A DNA stretch of 63,670 bases, the filler included, from Octopus bimaculoides (lineage: Eukaryota), in NCBI RefSeq assembly GCF_001194135.2. It is 5 parts of 4 records of this genome, joined end to end, with 100 filler letters (N's around TTAATTAATTAA, not from the genome) between each part and the next. Parts side by side here need not be neighbours in the genome. Positions count along the whole stretch, not along the records: positions 31,282 to 40,692 come from NW_026368497.1; positions 40,793 to 59,734 come from NC_068998.1; 3 more parts are not named here. One strand, 5' to 3'. Each line of letters begins with the position of its first letter. The stretch's first letter is position 1. The notes beneath the pieces are model-generated. The model searched no databases, had not been told where the DNA came from, and was given only the letters and a program-made list of their open reading frames with translations. Positions 36,245 to 49,672 of the stretch are shown piece after piece. The position numbers were made by a program, and so were the translations under genes.

Positions 36245-36421
36245 AAAGTGAAGTATATTGCCACTTAAATGTGGCTGACCCCTAGGGGTGGATGTTACTG
36301 ATTAGCCCCAGGAGGACATCTCCTCCAGCTGGCGAGGAGATGTCCTCCCGGGGCTAAAAGCAACAGTAACATACACCTTTAGGGGTCAGCCACATTTAAG
36401 TGACAATATACTTCACTTTAT
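36243..36421. mobile_element. 179-bp near-perfect palindrome (foldback MITE-like)
   Basis: ATAAAGTGAAGTATATTGCCACTTAAATGTGGCTGACCCCTA ... TAGGGGTCAGCCACATTTAAGTGACAATATACTTCACTTTAT, with an 8-nt centre CAGCTGGC. Confidence 0.92.
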
Positions 36422-37570
36422 CGTGCAGTTACTGTTAATACCTAATTTAGAGAATTAACATTGCTTATATATATATATATGTATGTATATATATATATAT
36501 ATATATANNNNNNNNNNNNNNNNNNNNNNNNNNNNNNNNNNNNNNNNNNNNNNNNNNNNNNNNNNNNNNNNNNNNNNNNNNNNNNNNNNNNNNNNNNNNN
36601 NNNNNNNNNNNNNNNNNNNNNNNNNNNNNNNNNNNNNNNNNNNNNNNNNNNNNNNNNNNNNNNNNNNNNNNNNNNNNNNNNNNNNNNNNNNNNNNNNNNN
36701 NNNNNNNNNNNNNNNNNNNNNNNNNNNNNNNNNNNNNNNNNNNNNNNNNNNNNNNNNNNNNNNNNNNNNNNNNNNNNNNNNNNNNNNNNNNNNNNNNNNN
36801 NNNNNNNNNNNNNNNNNNNNNNNNNNNNNNNNNNNNNNNNNNNNNNNNNNNNNNNNNNNNNNNNNNNNNNNNNNNNNNNNNNNNNNNNNNNNNNNNNNNN
36901 NNNNNNNNNNNNNNNNNNNNNNNNNNNNNNNNNNNNNNNNNNNNNNNNNNNNNNNNNNNNNNNNNNNNNNNNNNNNNNNNNNNNNNNNNNNNNNNNNNNN
37001 NNNNNNNNNNNNNNNNNNNNNNNNNNNNNNNNNNNNNNNNNNNNNNNNNNNNNNNNNNNNNNNNNNNNNNNNNNNNNNNNNNNNNNNNNNNNNNNNNNNN
37101 NNNNNNNNNNNNNNNNNNNNNNNNNNNNNNNNNNNNNNNNNNNNNNNNNNNNNNNNNNNNNNNNNNNNNNNNNNNNNNNNNNNNNNNNNNNNNNNNNNNN
37201 NNNNNNNNNNNNNNNNNNNNNNNNNNNNNNNNNNNNNNNNNNNNNNNNNNNNNNNNNNNNNNNNNNNNNNNNNNNNNNNNNNNNNNNNNNNNNNNNNNNN
37301 NNNNNNNNNNNNNNNNNNNNNNNNNNNNNNNNNNNNNNNNNNNNNNNNNNNNNNNNNNNNNNNNNNNNNNNNNNNNNNNNNNNNNNNNNNNNNNNNNNNN
37401 NNNNNNNNNNNNNNNNNNNNNNNNNNNNNNNNNNNNNNNNNNNNNNNNNNNNNNNNNNNNNNNNNNNNNNNNNNNNNNNNNNNNNNNNNNNNNATATATA
37501 TATATATATATATACACGCGCAGTCAGTTATGTAGTCATAACATCAAAATATGTTCTTACACACAAACGT

Positions 37571-37615
<45 letters not shown>

Positions 37616-38451
37616 AACGCACACGCGTATACTTAGACACATACTCATACAGAAGCACACACATGCACCATATACACACATAGATATACACACATACATG
37701 TATATATACATATATATATACACACACACACAGCACACTGTATTGACCGACCCAGTTTGTTGTATTTATTCTATCATCAATGGAGCGAACGAGAAAAGAA
37801 TTAGCGATCATGTCAGTGAGGGAGGAAGGGGGTGTCGGTAGTGGTGAGAGAGAGAGAGTGAGTGAAAGAAAGAAAGATAAAGAGAGAGAGAGACGTAGTG
37901 ATTAAAAAGAGAGGAAGGAAGCGATAGGGGTTTGTATTGGCGAGCCAGAAAGAGAGACTGAGTGAGTGAATGAAAGAGAGGAAGGTGGGAGAGAAAGGTC
38001 TATAGAGAGAGAGAGAGGAGAAAGGGTTGAGAGATGCAGAAATGCAAACAGTGAGAGGGAGCGGTACGGTATTGGTGAGAGACAGTCAGAGAAAAACAGG
38101 GAGATAGATAGAGAGAGAGAGAGACAGGTGTAGGTAGTGGTGAGAGAGACATGGAGATAAAGAGAGAGAGAAGGGGAGGGAGGGAGGAAAGGAGTCTTTC
38201 GGTGAACGTGTTGTGTATGTGTGCACGTGTATGTATATATGTATATATATATATATATGTGTGTGTGTGGTGTGTGTGTGTGTGTGAGAGTTGAAGTGTC
38301 AATGACTGCAGAGTGTATTGTTGTATATAGTTTAATGTATTGTAATGTAGCATAATGTCTATGTGTTAATGAGCGATTAGTNNNNNNNNNNNNNNNNNNN
38401 NNNNNNNNNNNNNNNNNNNNNNNNNNNNNNNNNNNNNNNNNNNNNNNNNNC

Positions 38452-38483
<32 letters not shown>

Positions 38484-38514
38484 CGTACTTCTGTATAAGT
38501 ATGTATGACCGTAC

Positions 38515-38655
38515 ATTATCTATCTATCTATCTATCTATCTATTTATCTATCTGCCTATCTATCTCTCTATTTATCTATCTGCCTATCTATCTATTTATC
38601 TATCTGCCTATCTATCTATTTATCTATCTGCCTATCTATCTATTTATCTATCTGC

Positions 38656-38693
<38 letters not shown>

Positions 38694-38705
38694 GTCTATC
38701 TGTCT
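38515..38705. repeat. (TCTA)n tract with a 24-bp higher-order period; related (TAGA/CAGA)n at 39940-40250, 59870-59920, 62040-62090
   Basis: TCTATTTATCTATCTGCCTATCTA repeated several times. Confidence 0.92.
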
Positions 38706-39220
38706 GTCGGCCTCTATACCTATATATATAGTTATGTTTACATTTATAAATGTGTGTATACATGCATGCATTCACACATACAAATATAAACAAATATACC
38801 GACCAACATATACATACACGTGTATATTGAAATAGTCAGTGTATGTAAAATAATCTATATATTATATAGAAAGGTTGTGTGTAGAATATACATATATATA
38901 TATATGCATACGTGTGTGTATATATGTATGTAAATATGTATGTATATATATATATACATATATTTATATATCTATAACCAGTCTTATATATATTTCGTAT
39001 TTATTTATTTATTTATGTGTTTCAGCCAAGTGGCTGCGGTCATGCTGGTGCACCGTGTATTTCGTGTGCAAGATTCTTGATGTGGATACGTGTGTTTAAT
39101 TGTATATATATATACATATATATATATGCACGTATGTATATCTGTATGTACGTGTATGTGTGTATATATATTATATATGTATATATATGTATGTATATAT
39201 GTGCACCTTATATGTATGTA

Positions 39221-39256
<36 letters not shown>

Positions 39257-39341
39257 CGCATACACACGTGTGCATATACACGCACATATTTCCACGTGCA
39301 TATATACTTTTTGTTTATGTATGTATCTATGTGTGTATGTG

Positions 39342-39416
<75 letters not shown>

Positions 39417-39609
39417 TGTATGTATATTAGTTCTGGCATGGCTATGTTCAAGTATGTTTGTTGAACGGGTGGCTGCCTGTCTACTTTATATATTTGTACA
39501 TGTCCGTGTATGTTTGATGGCTGTGGGAAACTGAGTGTCTCGTCTTAGTGTCTGGGTATAGAGATACGTGTGTATATGTGTTTGTGTGTATGTGTTTGTG
39601 TGTATGCAC

Positions 39610-39655
<46 letters not shown>

Positions 39656-39804
39656 GTGTATATATATATATATATATGTTTGTGCGTGAATGGCATGAAT
39701 GCATGTATGTGTCCAAGTATATATATATGTATGTGAGGCTAAACTTATATGCGTTGTATTTGGTGTATATACACAGAACTGCATTTCTTTTGTACGTGAC
39801 ACAC

Positions 39805-39870
<66 letters not shown>

Positions 39871-40191
39871 TACGCGTGTGTGTGTGTGTGTGTGGATGGA
39901 TATAGTGAGATGCAGGCGATTGGATGCGGAAAAAGAAAGTTAGATAGATAGATAGATAGATAGATAGGCAGACAGAAAGAGAGACAGATAGATAGACACA
40001 GATATAGATAGTCAGACAGACAAACGTATAGATAGATAGATAAATAGACAGATAGATAGATAGATAGATAGATATAGATAGATAGTCAGACATATATAGA
40101 CAGGCAGACAAACGTATAGACAGGTAGACAGACAGATAGATAGACACAGATATAGATAAATAGTGAGACATATATAGACAGACAGACAAAC

Positions 40192-40224
<33 letters not shown>

Positions 40225-40647
40225 CAGACAGACATAGATAGAATTGAGATAAAACATTGTAAGAAGGTAGAAGAATGAAGAGAGAGAAAGAATGAGAGAA
40301 AAATGAAAACATCAATAAATAGACAGAGAGAAGTAGATAAAAAATGGACATAAATCGAGAGAGAACGGTGCAGAAGGAGAGAGAGAAAGGCCAAAACTCT
40401 CGGAGTGACAGACAGGCAGATAGATAGATAGATAGTGTGTGTGTGAGAGAGAGAGAGAGAGCAAGACTGGTTGCGATGAATAGTCATGGCTATATACTAT
40501 GAGATAGACTTGTAGTTCTATAGATCGATAAAGCGGGAGAGTGTGAGATAAGCGGAGCCGAGAGAGACATTGCGATACACTAACTGTACTGACATTTCAA
40601 TAATTCGGCAAGCATTTACTTATGTGTGTGCGTGTATATATATATAC

Positions 40648-40692
<45 letters not shown>

Positions 40693-40924
40693 NNNNNNNN
40701 NNNNNNNNNNNNNNNNNNNNNNNNNNNNNNNNNNNNTTAATTAATTAANNNNNNNNNNNNNNNNNNNNNNNNNNNNNNNNNNNNNNNNNNNNAAGTAAAA
40801 GAGTAAAAGAGTAAATATGAATAAAGTGGAAACATACAAAAATAAACATTATTTTCCATCTTACTGCTAATTTTGTTTCATTTTGAAAAACAAAAATTTA
40901 TTTTATGATTTATTATTCTTTTCT

Positions 40925-41120
40925 ATTCTAGGCACAAGGCCAGAAATTTCAGGGGAGGGGACCAGTCGATTAAATCGACTTCAGTAGACAGCTGGTACTT
41001 AATTTATCGACCCCGGAAAGATGAAAGGCAAAGTCGACCTCGGCGGAATTTGAACTCAGAACATAAAGACAGACGAAATACCGCTAAGCATGTCGCCCGG
41101 CGTGCTAACGTTTCTGCCAC
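40925..41120 (-). mobile_element. Type B SINE
   Basis: CTGGTACTTAATTTATCGACCCCGGAAAGATGAAAGGCAAAGTCGACCTCGGCGGAATTTGAACTC. Confidence 0.9.
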
Positions 41121-41711
41121 ATTTATGTATACTCAAGGGCACCAAAACCTTTTAAGTGCTTAGGGTCTCTATGGGCCTTAATCCGGCCCTGGGCCAAACG
41201 AGTGGTATACTGAATCACATGGTCATAAGTTCAAACTTTACAATAGCCTTTTATGTCACTGACCAAGCTGTATATTGACACAGTAAGTACCTAACTTAAA
41301 AATAAGCATCAGGATCAATTTGTTTGCCTAAATTTTTCAAGGCAATTGCTCAGCATGGCTGCAGTCCAACGACTGAAGCAAGCAAAAGACAGATGGTAAA
41401 GTTAAGTTACAGAGAGAAGAGAAGCTAAATACAAATAAAATAACAGTGCAAAGGAATCTGATGATTGACAGGTTTTTAATTACCTGCCTTTATACGACTA
41501 CTCCCACTACCCCCCCCCCACCGCTACTTACCACCATACAACGCAAATGAATCCAGCTCAATCGACATGAACAGCTATAAGAAACGTTAGCAGCATGTCA
41601 AAGCTGATTAACGGATTATGTAGAGAAACAACGTCAGCAATAATATCATGCACACACATTCACATAATACGCGCGCGCGCGTGTGTGTGTGTGTATACAC
41701 GTACACATTTT

Positions 41712-42600
41712 TATGTTTTGTGATTTTTAGTCAGTTGGCTGCAGCCATGCTAGAGAACCGCCTCGGAGGGTTTAGCTGGGCAAATCAAATCTAGTATTTA
41801 TTCTGAAGTCTGGTTCTTATTCTGCTGGTTTCTTGCAATGACCCACTAAGTCACTGGGTGTAAACATACCAACACTGGTTGTCAAACAGTGGGGTAAACA
41901 AATAAGAAAACACAAAGACAAAGAATGCATACAGAGGACACACCAGCTATATGAGAAACTTTTAAGGACCATAAGGGGCCAAAACTTTGAATATCCCCCC
42001 ACCACTGGTTTTATTAGCCCCAACATGGAACCTTCAAATTTAACACTGATGATGTTGCCACCTTAACTGCCAACTACAGTGATTTAGAGATTGTGTCCTT
42101 TTTTAACCCTTAAGCATTTAATCTGGCCATATCTGACCCAATGCATCTGGTCATCTCAGAAGCCCTATCAAGGTAGTAATCAAGGCTAATAGAGGTTTCA
42201 GGGAATATTTTTTTGATATATGTATGTAAGGATATATGTACCAAATTCTTTGAAAATATATTGGTTTTTCAATAAATAAATTTGTTTTCCTTAAGTTGAA
42301 ACTTTGTTCTTAAATAGCTCATGCACCCTGTATATATATATATGTGTGTGTGTGTGTGTTTCTATGTTTCTATGTGTATATAAATGTGTGTGTTTGCATC
42401 TTTGCCCCTCACCACCTCTTGTTGACCATTATTGGCTTGTTTATCTCCTTTGTAACTTAGCAGTTCAGCAAAAGAGTCCAAAAGAATAAGCATCAGACTA
42501 AAAATAATAACTAGGATAATTTTTTTCGATTACACCCTTTGAGATGGTGCCCTCGTATGGCCTCAGTTGAATAACTGAATCAACTAAAAGATAAAAGCAG
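41712..42600. mobile_element. Two diverged type A SINE 3' halves (about 41712-41900 minus, 42350-42600 plus)
   Basis: Degenerate matches to the GCAGCCATGCT tail and the GAATAAG...GAT segment. Confidence 0.55.
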
Positions 42601-42888
42601 GTTATTAAGCTACACACTCATGTTGCCACTCTCACTGCAGTTTAGTTCAGTCAACAGCAGATAATCGATTCCTATTCTTCAAGAGGAAGTAAAAGTTCAA
42701 CCTTATTATCAACAATTTGTTAAACTAGTAAATGAAATAAACATGATAAAAGGATACATTAACGAATGAATAAAAACCTAAATAAAACAATTTGATAAAA
42801 GAATGAAAAACGTTATGAATAAAATTACCAATATAAATATGTTACTACAGCCATTACTTGGCAGTTTATATTGTTTTTGCTAACTACT

Positions 42889-43111
42889 ATACTCTTTACT
42901 CTTTTACTTGTTTCAGTCTTTTTGACTGTGGCCATGCTGGAGCACTGCCTTTAGTCGAGCAAATCGACCCCAGGACTTATTCTTTGGAAGCCTAGTACTT
43001 ATTCTATCGGTCTCTTTTGCCGAACTGCTAAGCTACGGGGACGTAAACACACCAGCATCAGTTGTCAAGCGATGTTGGGGGGGACAAACACAGACACACA
43101 AACACATGCAC

Positions 43112-43150
<39 letters not shown>

Positions 43151-43288
43151 NNNNNNNNNNNNNNNNNNNNNNNNNNNNNNNNNNNNNNNNNNNNNNNNNN
43201 NNNNNNNNNNNNNNNNNNNNNNNNNNNNNNNNNNNNNNNNNNNNNNNNNNNNNNNNNNNNNNNNNTATATATACATATATACATATAT

Positions 43289-43321
<33 letters not shown>

Positions 43322-43519
43322 TATATACATATATATATATATATACATATATACGACGGGCTTCTTTCAGTTTCCATCTACCAAATCCACTCACAAGGCT
43401 TTGGTCAGCCCAAGGCGATAGTAGAAGACAGTTGCCCAAGATGCCACGCAGTGAGACTGAACCCAGAACCATGTGGTTGGTAAGCAAGCTACTTACCACA
43501 CAGCCACTCCTACGCCTAT
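42889..43519 (-). mobile_element. Type A SINE, full length, with an expanded internal (TA)n tract containing a gap
   Basis: Close match to 26866-27243 on both sides of the tract; the head ends CAGCCACTCCTACGCCT. Confidence 0.95.
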
Positions 43520-44117
43520 AGCTACATACACATGCACACAGGACATTTATACTTACAAACTGATTACATATATATCTTCTGTACGTGTGCAATTAGATAT
43601 TTGTATATGAATGCAAATATTACCTAATGCAGTCTTGCAGGTATGCATACACATATTTAAAAATATATGGAAAAAAAAAACATACTAAAAAAGAACCTAA
43701 TGTAAATCAATGGATAATCAGTGATTTAAATGATTTGCGACTTAAACGATTACAACCGGTTTAGTGTCGTTAACAAAAACTTTCACCGGATAGTTAATTA
43801 ATTTAAGCAGCTTCAAATTTAATAATAACCAACAATACAACATTAAACAATAAACCAAGTAGACAACACCAGAATAGTTATGCTAATTAATAATTAAGTT
43901 ATTAACCTGATTTATACATTTTTCTTGTATTCTTTTGTTGGATTTAGTCATTGGCCTCTGGCTATGCTAAGATGCCATTGTCAAGGGTTTTTAAGTGAGA
44001 GGTAGTGTGAGGGCAATTTGGCTGTTATTTCCAACACTGAACAACAACGAGATTCCTTCATTGGTTCCATGAAAATAAAGTTTGCTTGTGTGTGTGTGTG
44101 TGTGTAAATATATATGC

Positions 44118-44280
44118 ATAGGCTTGGCTATATGGTAAGAAGTTTGCTTTACAACCACATGGTTTCATGTTCAGTCCCACTGCATGGCACCCTGAGTTGG
44201 GAAAGCATTTTCCACTATAGCCCTGGGTCAATCAAAGTCTTGTGAGTGGATTTCCGTAGACAAAAACTGAAAGAAACCTG
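44118..44280 (+). mobile_element. Type A SINE, 5' half
   Basis: Head plus central domain, diverged. Confidence 0.8.
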
Positions 44281-44329
44281 CTGTGTGTGTTACTGTTTCC
44301 TTGCTTTGACATTGTGTGGTGGCTGTGCA

Positions 44330-44420
44330 AACAGTGTCCTTCATTTCCAGTCTTCTATGGAAACATGTCAGGTCAAGGGCAATATCACCCTATTTGGGAC
44401 AAGGGTTGGTGACAGGAAAG
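44330..44420 (+). mobile_element. RTE-tail-like repeat (related copy at about 56455-56560)
   Basis: GGGTTGGTGACAGGAAAGGCATCC versus GGATTGGTGACGGGAAATGCATCC. The RTE assignment is from recall. Confidence 0.4.
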
Positions 44421-44432
44421 GCATCCAATTGT

Positions 44433-44590
44433 AGGCTTCTTTCAGTTTCTGTCTACCAAATCCACTCACAAGGCTTTGGTCGGCTTGAGGCTATAGTAGA
44501 AGACACTTGCCCAAGGTGCCACGCAGTAGGATGGAACCCGGAACCATGTGGTTGGTAAGCAAGCTACTTACCACACAGCCACTCCTGCAT
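44433..44590 (-). mobile_element. Type A SINE, 5' half
   Basis: High-identity reverse complement of head plus central domain. Confidence 0.9.
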
Positions 44591-46044
44591 TATATACCAT
44601 TATATATCCAATCAGAATGGTTCACAGCGAGAAAGTCGTAGATTATAGGTGTGCCACATTAGGGCAGACCTGGGGTTAAACAGCAATAATGATTTTGATA
44701 ATAACGAACATGATCAGCTGGATTTCAAGATGAAAGAAAAAGTGAAGTTGGTAGGAGGAAGAAATGGAGCAGAAAGAGGACAGAGAAAGGGGTGGGTGAG
44801 TAATGGTTCAACATAAATGAATCATGGTTTCCAACTGGGCTGGTCCACACCCAAGATTGATTTATTATTTATGATTGTTGTTGTTGTTGTTATTGGTGAT
44901 ATTGCTGTGGCTGGAGGTTGTGGTGAGGATTATCTTAGAAGAATATATTGGTCATAACAATGGTATTTGTAGGTAGTGTTACTAGTTTGGGGTGACAGCA
45001 GTAGTAGCAGCAGCAGCAGTGGTGGTGGTAGTGGTGAGCAAATAATGGTTACTGGGGTAATGGTGGTATTTATGGCAAAACTTTCAGTATATGAAGAATT
45101 AAATTTTTAAAAAAACAGGACTGGTTTTGTTTATAGTTCCACTCCTCTAAGTTAGTTATTTCTACTTCTACTACCTAAAGGAAAGAAAGAAAGAAAGAAA
45201 GAAAAGGAGAAACTAAGTATAAGGAATCAGTCCACGGACACCCTTCCTGACACCCCATCTTCAAAATCTAGAGTCCCTCTTCTTATAGAGTGTTACTTCT
45301 TTGGATATTCTCCAGATCTTCAACCTGTATATTGTAAACTTTTGATAGTTATCAGCAGAGGATCTGCTTGTAGCAGTCTTTCAGAAGACATTTAAATAAA
45401 CATGCCTCGATTCATGCATCCAACCTACAACTCACATGAACCTGAAGGAGGGCAAAGGAAGCACGGTCGACTGTGGCTTTGCAATAAGGACAGGAAATCA
45501 GAGTACAAGAAAGAAATAAAGAGAAATCTGGGACTACAAGACGTTTTGGTGTTGCCATTTTGGCATCATGAACTTAGTGCAGACTTTAATGAAATCAAAC
45601 ATTTTACTGTTTCTTGTTTTCCTCACTGTTTCTTTTTTGTTTATCATCATCCACAGCTTTCACATAAACCCAAGCCTTGCTAGTGATATTTGTTATATAG
45701 AACCCTTTTTGGGACTCCATCATATGTTGGACCCCTAACTGTACCTGTTATTTAGATGGTGTAATTTATCAGTCATGCTCTTTAGTGGGAGCACATCTAG
45801 CCCACCCTGCCATGTCTCATTTACAGGTGTTCACAAAATGATATAAGCCTCCCAATACAGCAACCCATAAATCAGGGTTTCTTTCTCTTCCATTTTTCCT
45901 GTTTCACTAGTTTCTGAGGTCCTGCAAAGGTTAAAGGTGCTGACCTTCTTCCTCTGAGGTATAAAACTTAAATTATATCAAGCTGGTCTTCTGTCTAGTC
46001 AAAGGGAAATTAGATAAATTTTTCAAAATGTGAGAAATACATAA

Positions 46045-46094
<50 letters not shown>

Positions 46095-46441
46095 NNNNNN
46101 NNNNNNNNNNNNNNNNNNNNNNNNNNNNNNNNNNNNNNNNNNNNNNNNNNNNNNNNNNNNNNNNNNNNNNNNNNNNNNNNNNNNNNNNNNNNNNNNNNNN
46201 NNNNNNNNNNNNNNNNNNNNNNNNNNNNNNNNNNNNNNNNNNNNNNNNNNNNNNNNNNNNNNNNNNNNNNNNNNNNNNNNNNNNNNNNNNNNNNNATATA
46301 TATATAAACACACATACTTAGATTAATATACACATACTATGAAATGAGCACTTATATGCACACATATACACACTAAAACAAAACTATATACATATAAAAC
46401 CAACTAATGCCTTATGAATGAATTTGGCAGATGGAAACATC

Positions 46442-46483
<42 letters not shown>

Positions 46484-46630
46484 CACCATCACTAAGCAAT
46501 CGGTGTTGGTTTGTTTACATTCCCAGAACTTGGTGGTTCAATAAAAGAGACTTATAAGTACTAGAGACTTGGACAAGAAAATAAGTATTGGAGTTGAATT
46601 GTTTGACCAAACCCTTTAAGGAGTTGCCCC

Positions 46631-46729
46631 GATGGGTGAACCACAATGTACTGAGTGCACGATGGGTGACCCGTGATATATTGAGTCTGCGATGGGTGAA
46701 CTGTGATGTACTGAGTGTGCGATGGGTGA
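46631..46729. repeat. 30-bp tandem repeat, about 3.3 copies
   Basis: GATGGGTGA at 46631, 46661, 46691 and 46721. Confidence 0.9.
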
Positions 46730-46799
46730 TTATATTACCTAATAAAACAAACTTATTTTTACAAGTTTACAACCATATATATATGTATAATATATGTAA

Positions 46800-46891
46800 T
46801 ATGTGTTTTATTCTGTGTGTGATCCCCTGGACCCTGGAAAAATTGTCTCGCATGAAACTCATCTGTGGTGCAAAAAAGCTTGGGGACTGCT
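46800..46891 (+). mobile_element. Right end of a hAT (Charlie-type) non-autonomous element
   Basis: GGTGCAAAAAAGCTTGGGGACTGCT resembles the usual ...AAAAAGGTTGGGGACCGCTG terminus. Confidence 0.55.
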
Positions 46892-47854
46892 AATGTAAAA
46901 GGAAGTTTGACTAGTATTTCTAGCAAGTTGGTTAGCCATGAAGAGGCTCCTGCTGACCAGTTTTATTTTTATTTTTCATGTTTTTTTCTTCTATTATTGT
47001 TGTGTGTTAGATGACGAAGGAATGCAACAAGTGGCTGTCAGATTTATTTTGATTCCTGTGGGTAAAAGTAAATGTAAAATGATGATGATGATGATGATGA
47101 TGATAACATTGGTGATGTTGTGGAAGAGCATGTCCTTGAATGTTAGTTTAATCTAGTTTAGTCGCTAGCGACTGGGTTATGTTCCTGTCTAACAATTAAG
47201 CTAATTATCACAGAAATTCCACAACTGTCAAACTGACTTAGTTCCATGGTGCATTAACCACCAGGAAAGACACCACATATTAAACTTGTTGAATGTGTGC
47301 AAATTTTCATTGCATATACGACTGATGACCTTTCTGTTATTATTACACGCAGAACCAGTTTGGATCACGAGGAATTAATGTGAAAACAACAACAACAAAA
47401 ATTATTTTTCAACATTGACACAACAAAGGTGGTGGCAGTGTATTTGTCCTTGTTTAGCCCCAGGTCAGCCCTGATCGAGTAAAGTATAACTAAAAGCATT
47501 CTAAATGTTACCGTCTCCCTTTCATTCAAATTCAGTGTCTCTGGGCCCACATTATCCGGTGACCAGCTGAGTTAACAGAGAGGAGTTCCATCCAGATAAA
47601 ATCTCCAAATGATTTAAATGCACAAGTCTCTGATCACCAAGTGGTTAAAAAGTGTCAGCAGAAGGGCATCCAGGAGTCATGACCTGGATGCAGCCCGGCC
47701 CCTTTAGAGTGTAAGAAGGGCCAAAACACTTGCCTGAGTGGGGTTTCTTCTCTGAAGACCTGGTGTTCAGTTCTCTTGAGAGTTTCTTACCACCGCCAGC
47801 TCACCGCTTTATAATGATAATGATAAAAATAATAAATAAGAAGTTGAGTGAATA

Positions 47855-48512
47855 ATGATTTCTGATAGAAAAACTAGGAAGATAATGGCTATGTATGAGT
47901 GCCTTCTTACTAGAAGCAAGATAGCAAGGCTTTACTTACCTAGGATGGAAGATGGAAGGGGATTGATTGGAATAAAGGATAGTGTTGTGAGTGAGATGGA
48001 GTCCTTACATGCCTATCTGAGGAATAGTCATGAAAGAATGTAGCAGGCTACACTGGGTGAGAAGGTGGTCAGTGACAATGGTGAAACTCTCCAGGAGTAC
48101 AATATGAGGACTAATAGAGAAAAGATCAACTGGAATGAGAAAGTCCTACAGGGAGATTTCTTCCAACAAACATTGGATGAAGCTGATGAAGAACCCTGGA
48201 GATGGTTAAGACATGGTTCTATTGATGAAGGAAACAGGACTGATTGTTGCTGCTCAAGAAGAAGCTTTATGTACTAACTCAATGAAGTGTAGTATTGATA
48301 TGACAGTAGTATCACCTTTGTGTAGACTATGTGGAAAATCATTTAAGACAGTTAGACAACTAGCAGATGCTCAAAAGTGACCCAAGAGGAGTACAAAAAC
48401 ACCACGACAAAGTAGCAGTGTGAATACACTGGGAGTTGTGCAAGAAGTATGGGGTAGAATGTTCCAACATGTGTTACGAGTACCAACCCTTGCCATTAGC
48501 AGAGAATGATTA
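47855..48512 (+). pseudogene. R4/Dong-group (RLE) non-LTR retrotransposon fragment
   Basis: DRKTRKIM...ARLYLPRMEDGRGL, WNEKVLQGDF, WRWLRHG, AAQEEAL, CRLCG, HDKVA..IHWELCKKYG, with frameshifts and stops. Confidence 0.85.
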
Positions 48513-48747
48513 AGTGAGACTCACATGGTGGCTTCAAGCACCTCCTCCATAAGGTCATATCAGAAACAACTGTCATTAGCTTTCCAGTTGGATTCTTAAG
48601 CATGACCAACTAAGACTATGGATAGAATCCAAGTATCTCATTCTTGGTCTATCCCTCGGGCTCTTGCAAGTTGGCTTGTCTTGAAGAGTTGGTTTTATGA
48701 TCCTTTCCTGCGACACATTAACTATATAGCTGTGGTACTGGAGCTGT

Positions 48748-48822
48748 GGCCTCTCAATGAGCTGAGACCTCCGAATGAGTTCTGACCTCCCGATGAGCTC
48801 ATGACCTCACAATGAGTTGTGA
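48748..48822. repeat. 18-19-bp tandem repeat, four diverged copies
   Basis: GACCTC..(A/G)ATGAG at 48766, 48784 and 48803, with a further copy at 48748. Confidence 0.8.
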
Positions 48823-49429
48823 TGTAGCAGCTCAACCTGGGCAGAGGAGGTTATAATATGACAAAAACATTTCTGGAATTGCCTCCCATATTAACTGTAA
48901 TAATAAACATGATATTAGTCACCGAGTGGCATTGTTTTCAACCCCATCACATGATTATTTCTCGTCAGCTTTGTAACTATTAACAATCCTTGTATTAACA
49001 CAAACATTAACTTTACATCTGGTATATAATTTTGTTTTGTTTATAAATTGTAGTTGGATGTGTGTGTGTGTGTATGTGTATGTGTGTATGTATGTGTGTG
49101 TGTTATCAACAGCTTGTACAGTACCAGTCCTTCGCACGAGGGAAGTCAGAAATATATAGAGTATACATGTGCATGAGTGAAGCACAACTACAAAGAAGAG
49201 AGGGTGTGCGTACCTGTAAATAGGTTAATGAGTAGGTGTGAGGAGGGACACAGGCATATAAGAGGGAGTGGGAGAGAGAGAGGACGAAGGAGAAAAAAAA
49301 AGAAAGAAAATAATGAGTCGTCAATATTTAATATCATCCTTTTATCTATTCTTGTAGTTTCCTTCATCACTGAAGACCAGTAAATAAAACGAAGAAAAAA
49401 CACCAAAATCAATCAATAAATAAATACAA

Positions 49430-49672
49430 TAATAAATACTCTTCCTCCTTTGGCCTCCCCTATCCACTCTACCGATGCCATCCAAGGGAAAGACAAAGGA
49501 CGGTACAGCTTGGCACCAGGGATGTTGCAACTCATTTCTACAGCTGAGTGAACTGGAGTAAAATGAAATAAAGTGTCTTGCTCAAGAACATAACACACAG
49601 CCCACTCTGGGAACTGAACTCACAACCTCATAATAGCAAGCCCAACACTCTAACCACTGACCCATGTGCCTG
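49430..49672 (-). mobile_element. CORE-type SINE (OR1-like)
   Basis: Reverse-complement match to 3960-4100 (CAGCTTGGCACCAG...GTGTCTTGCTCAAGAAC). Confidence 0.8.
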
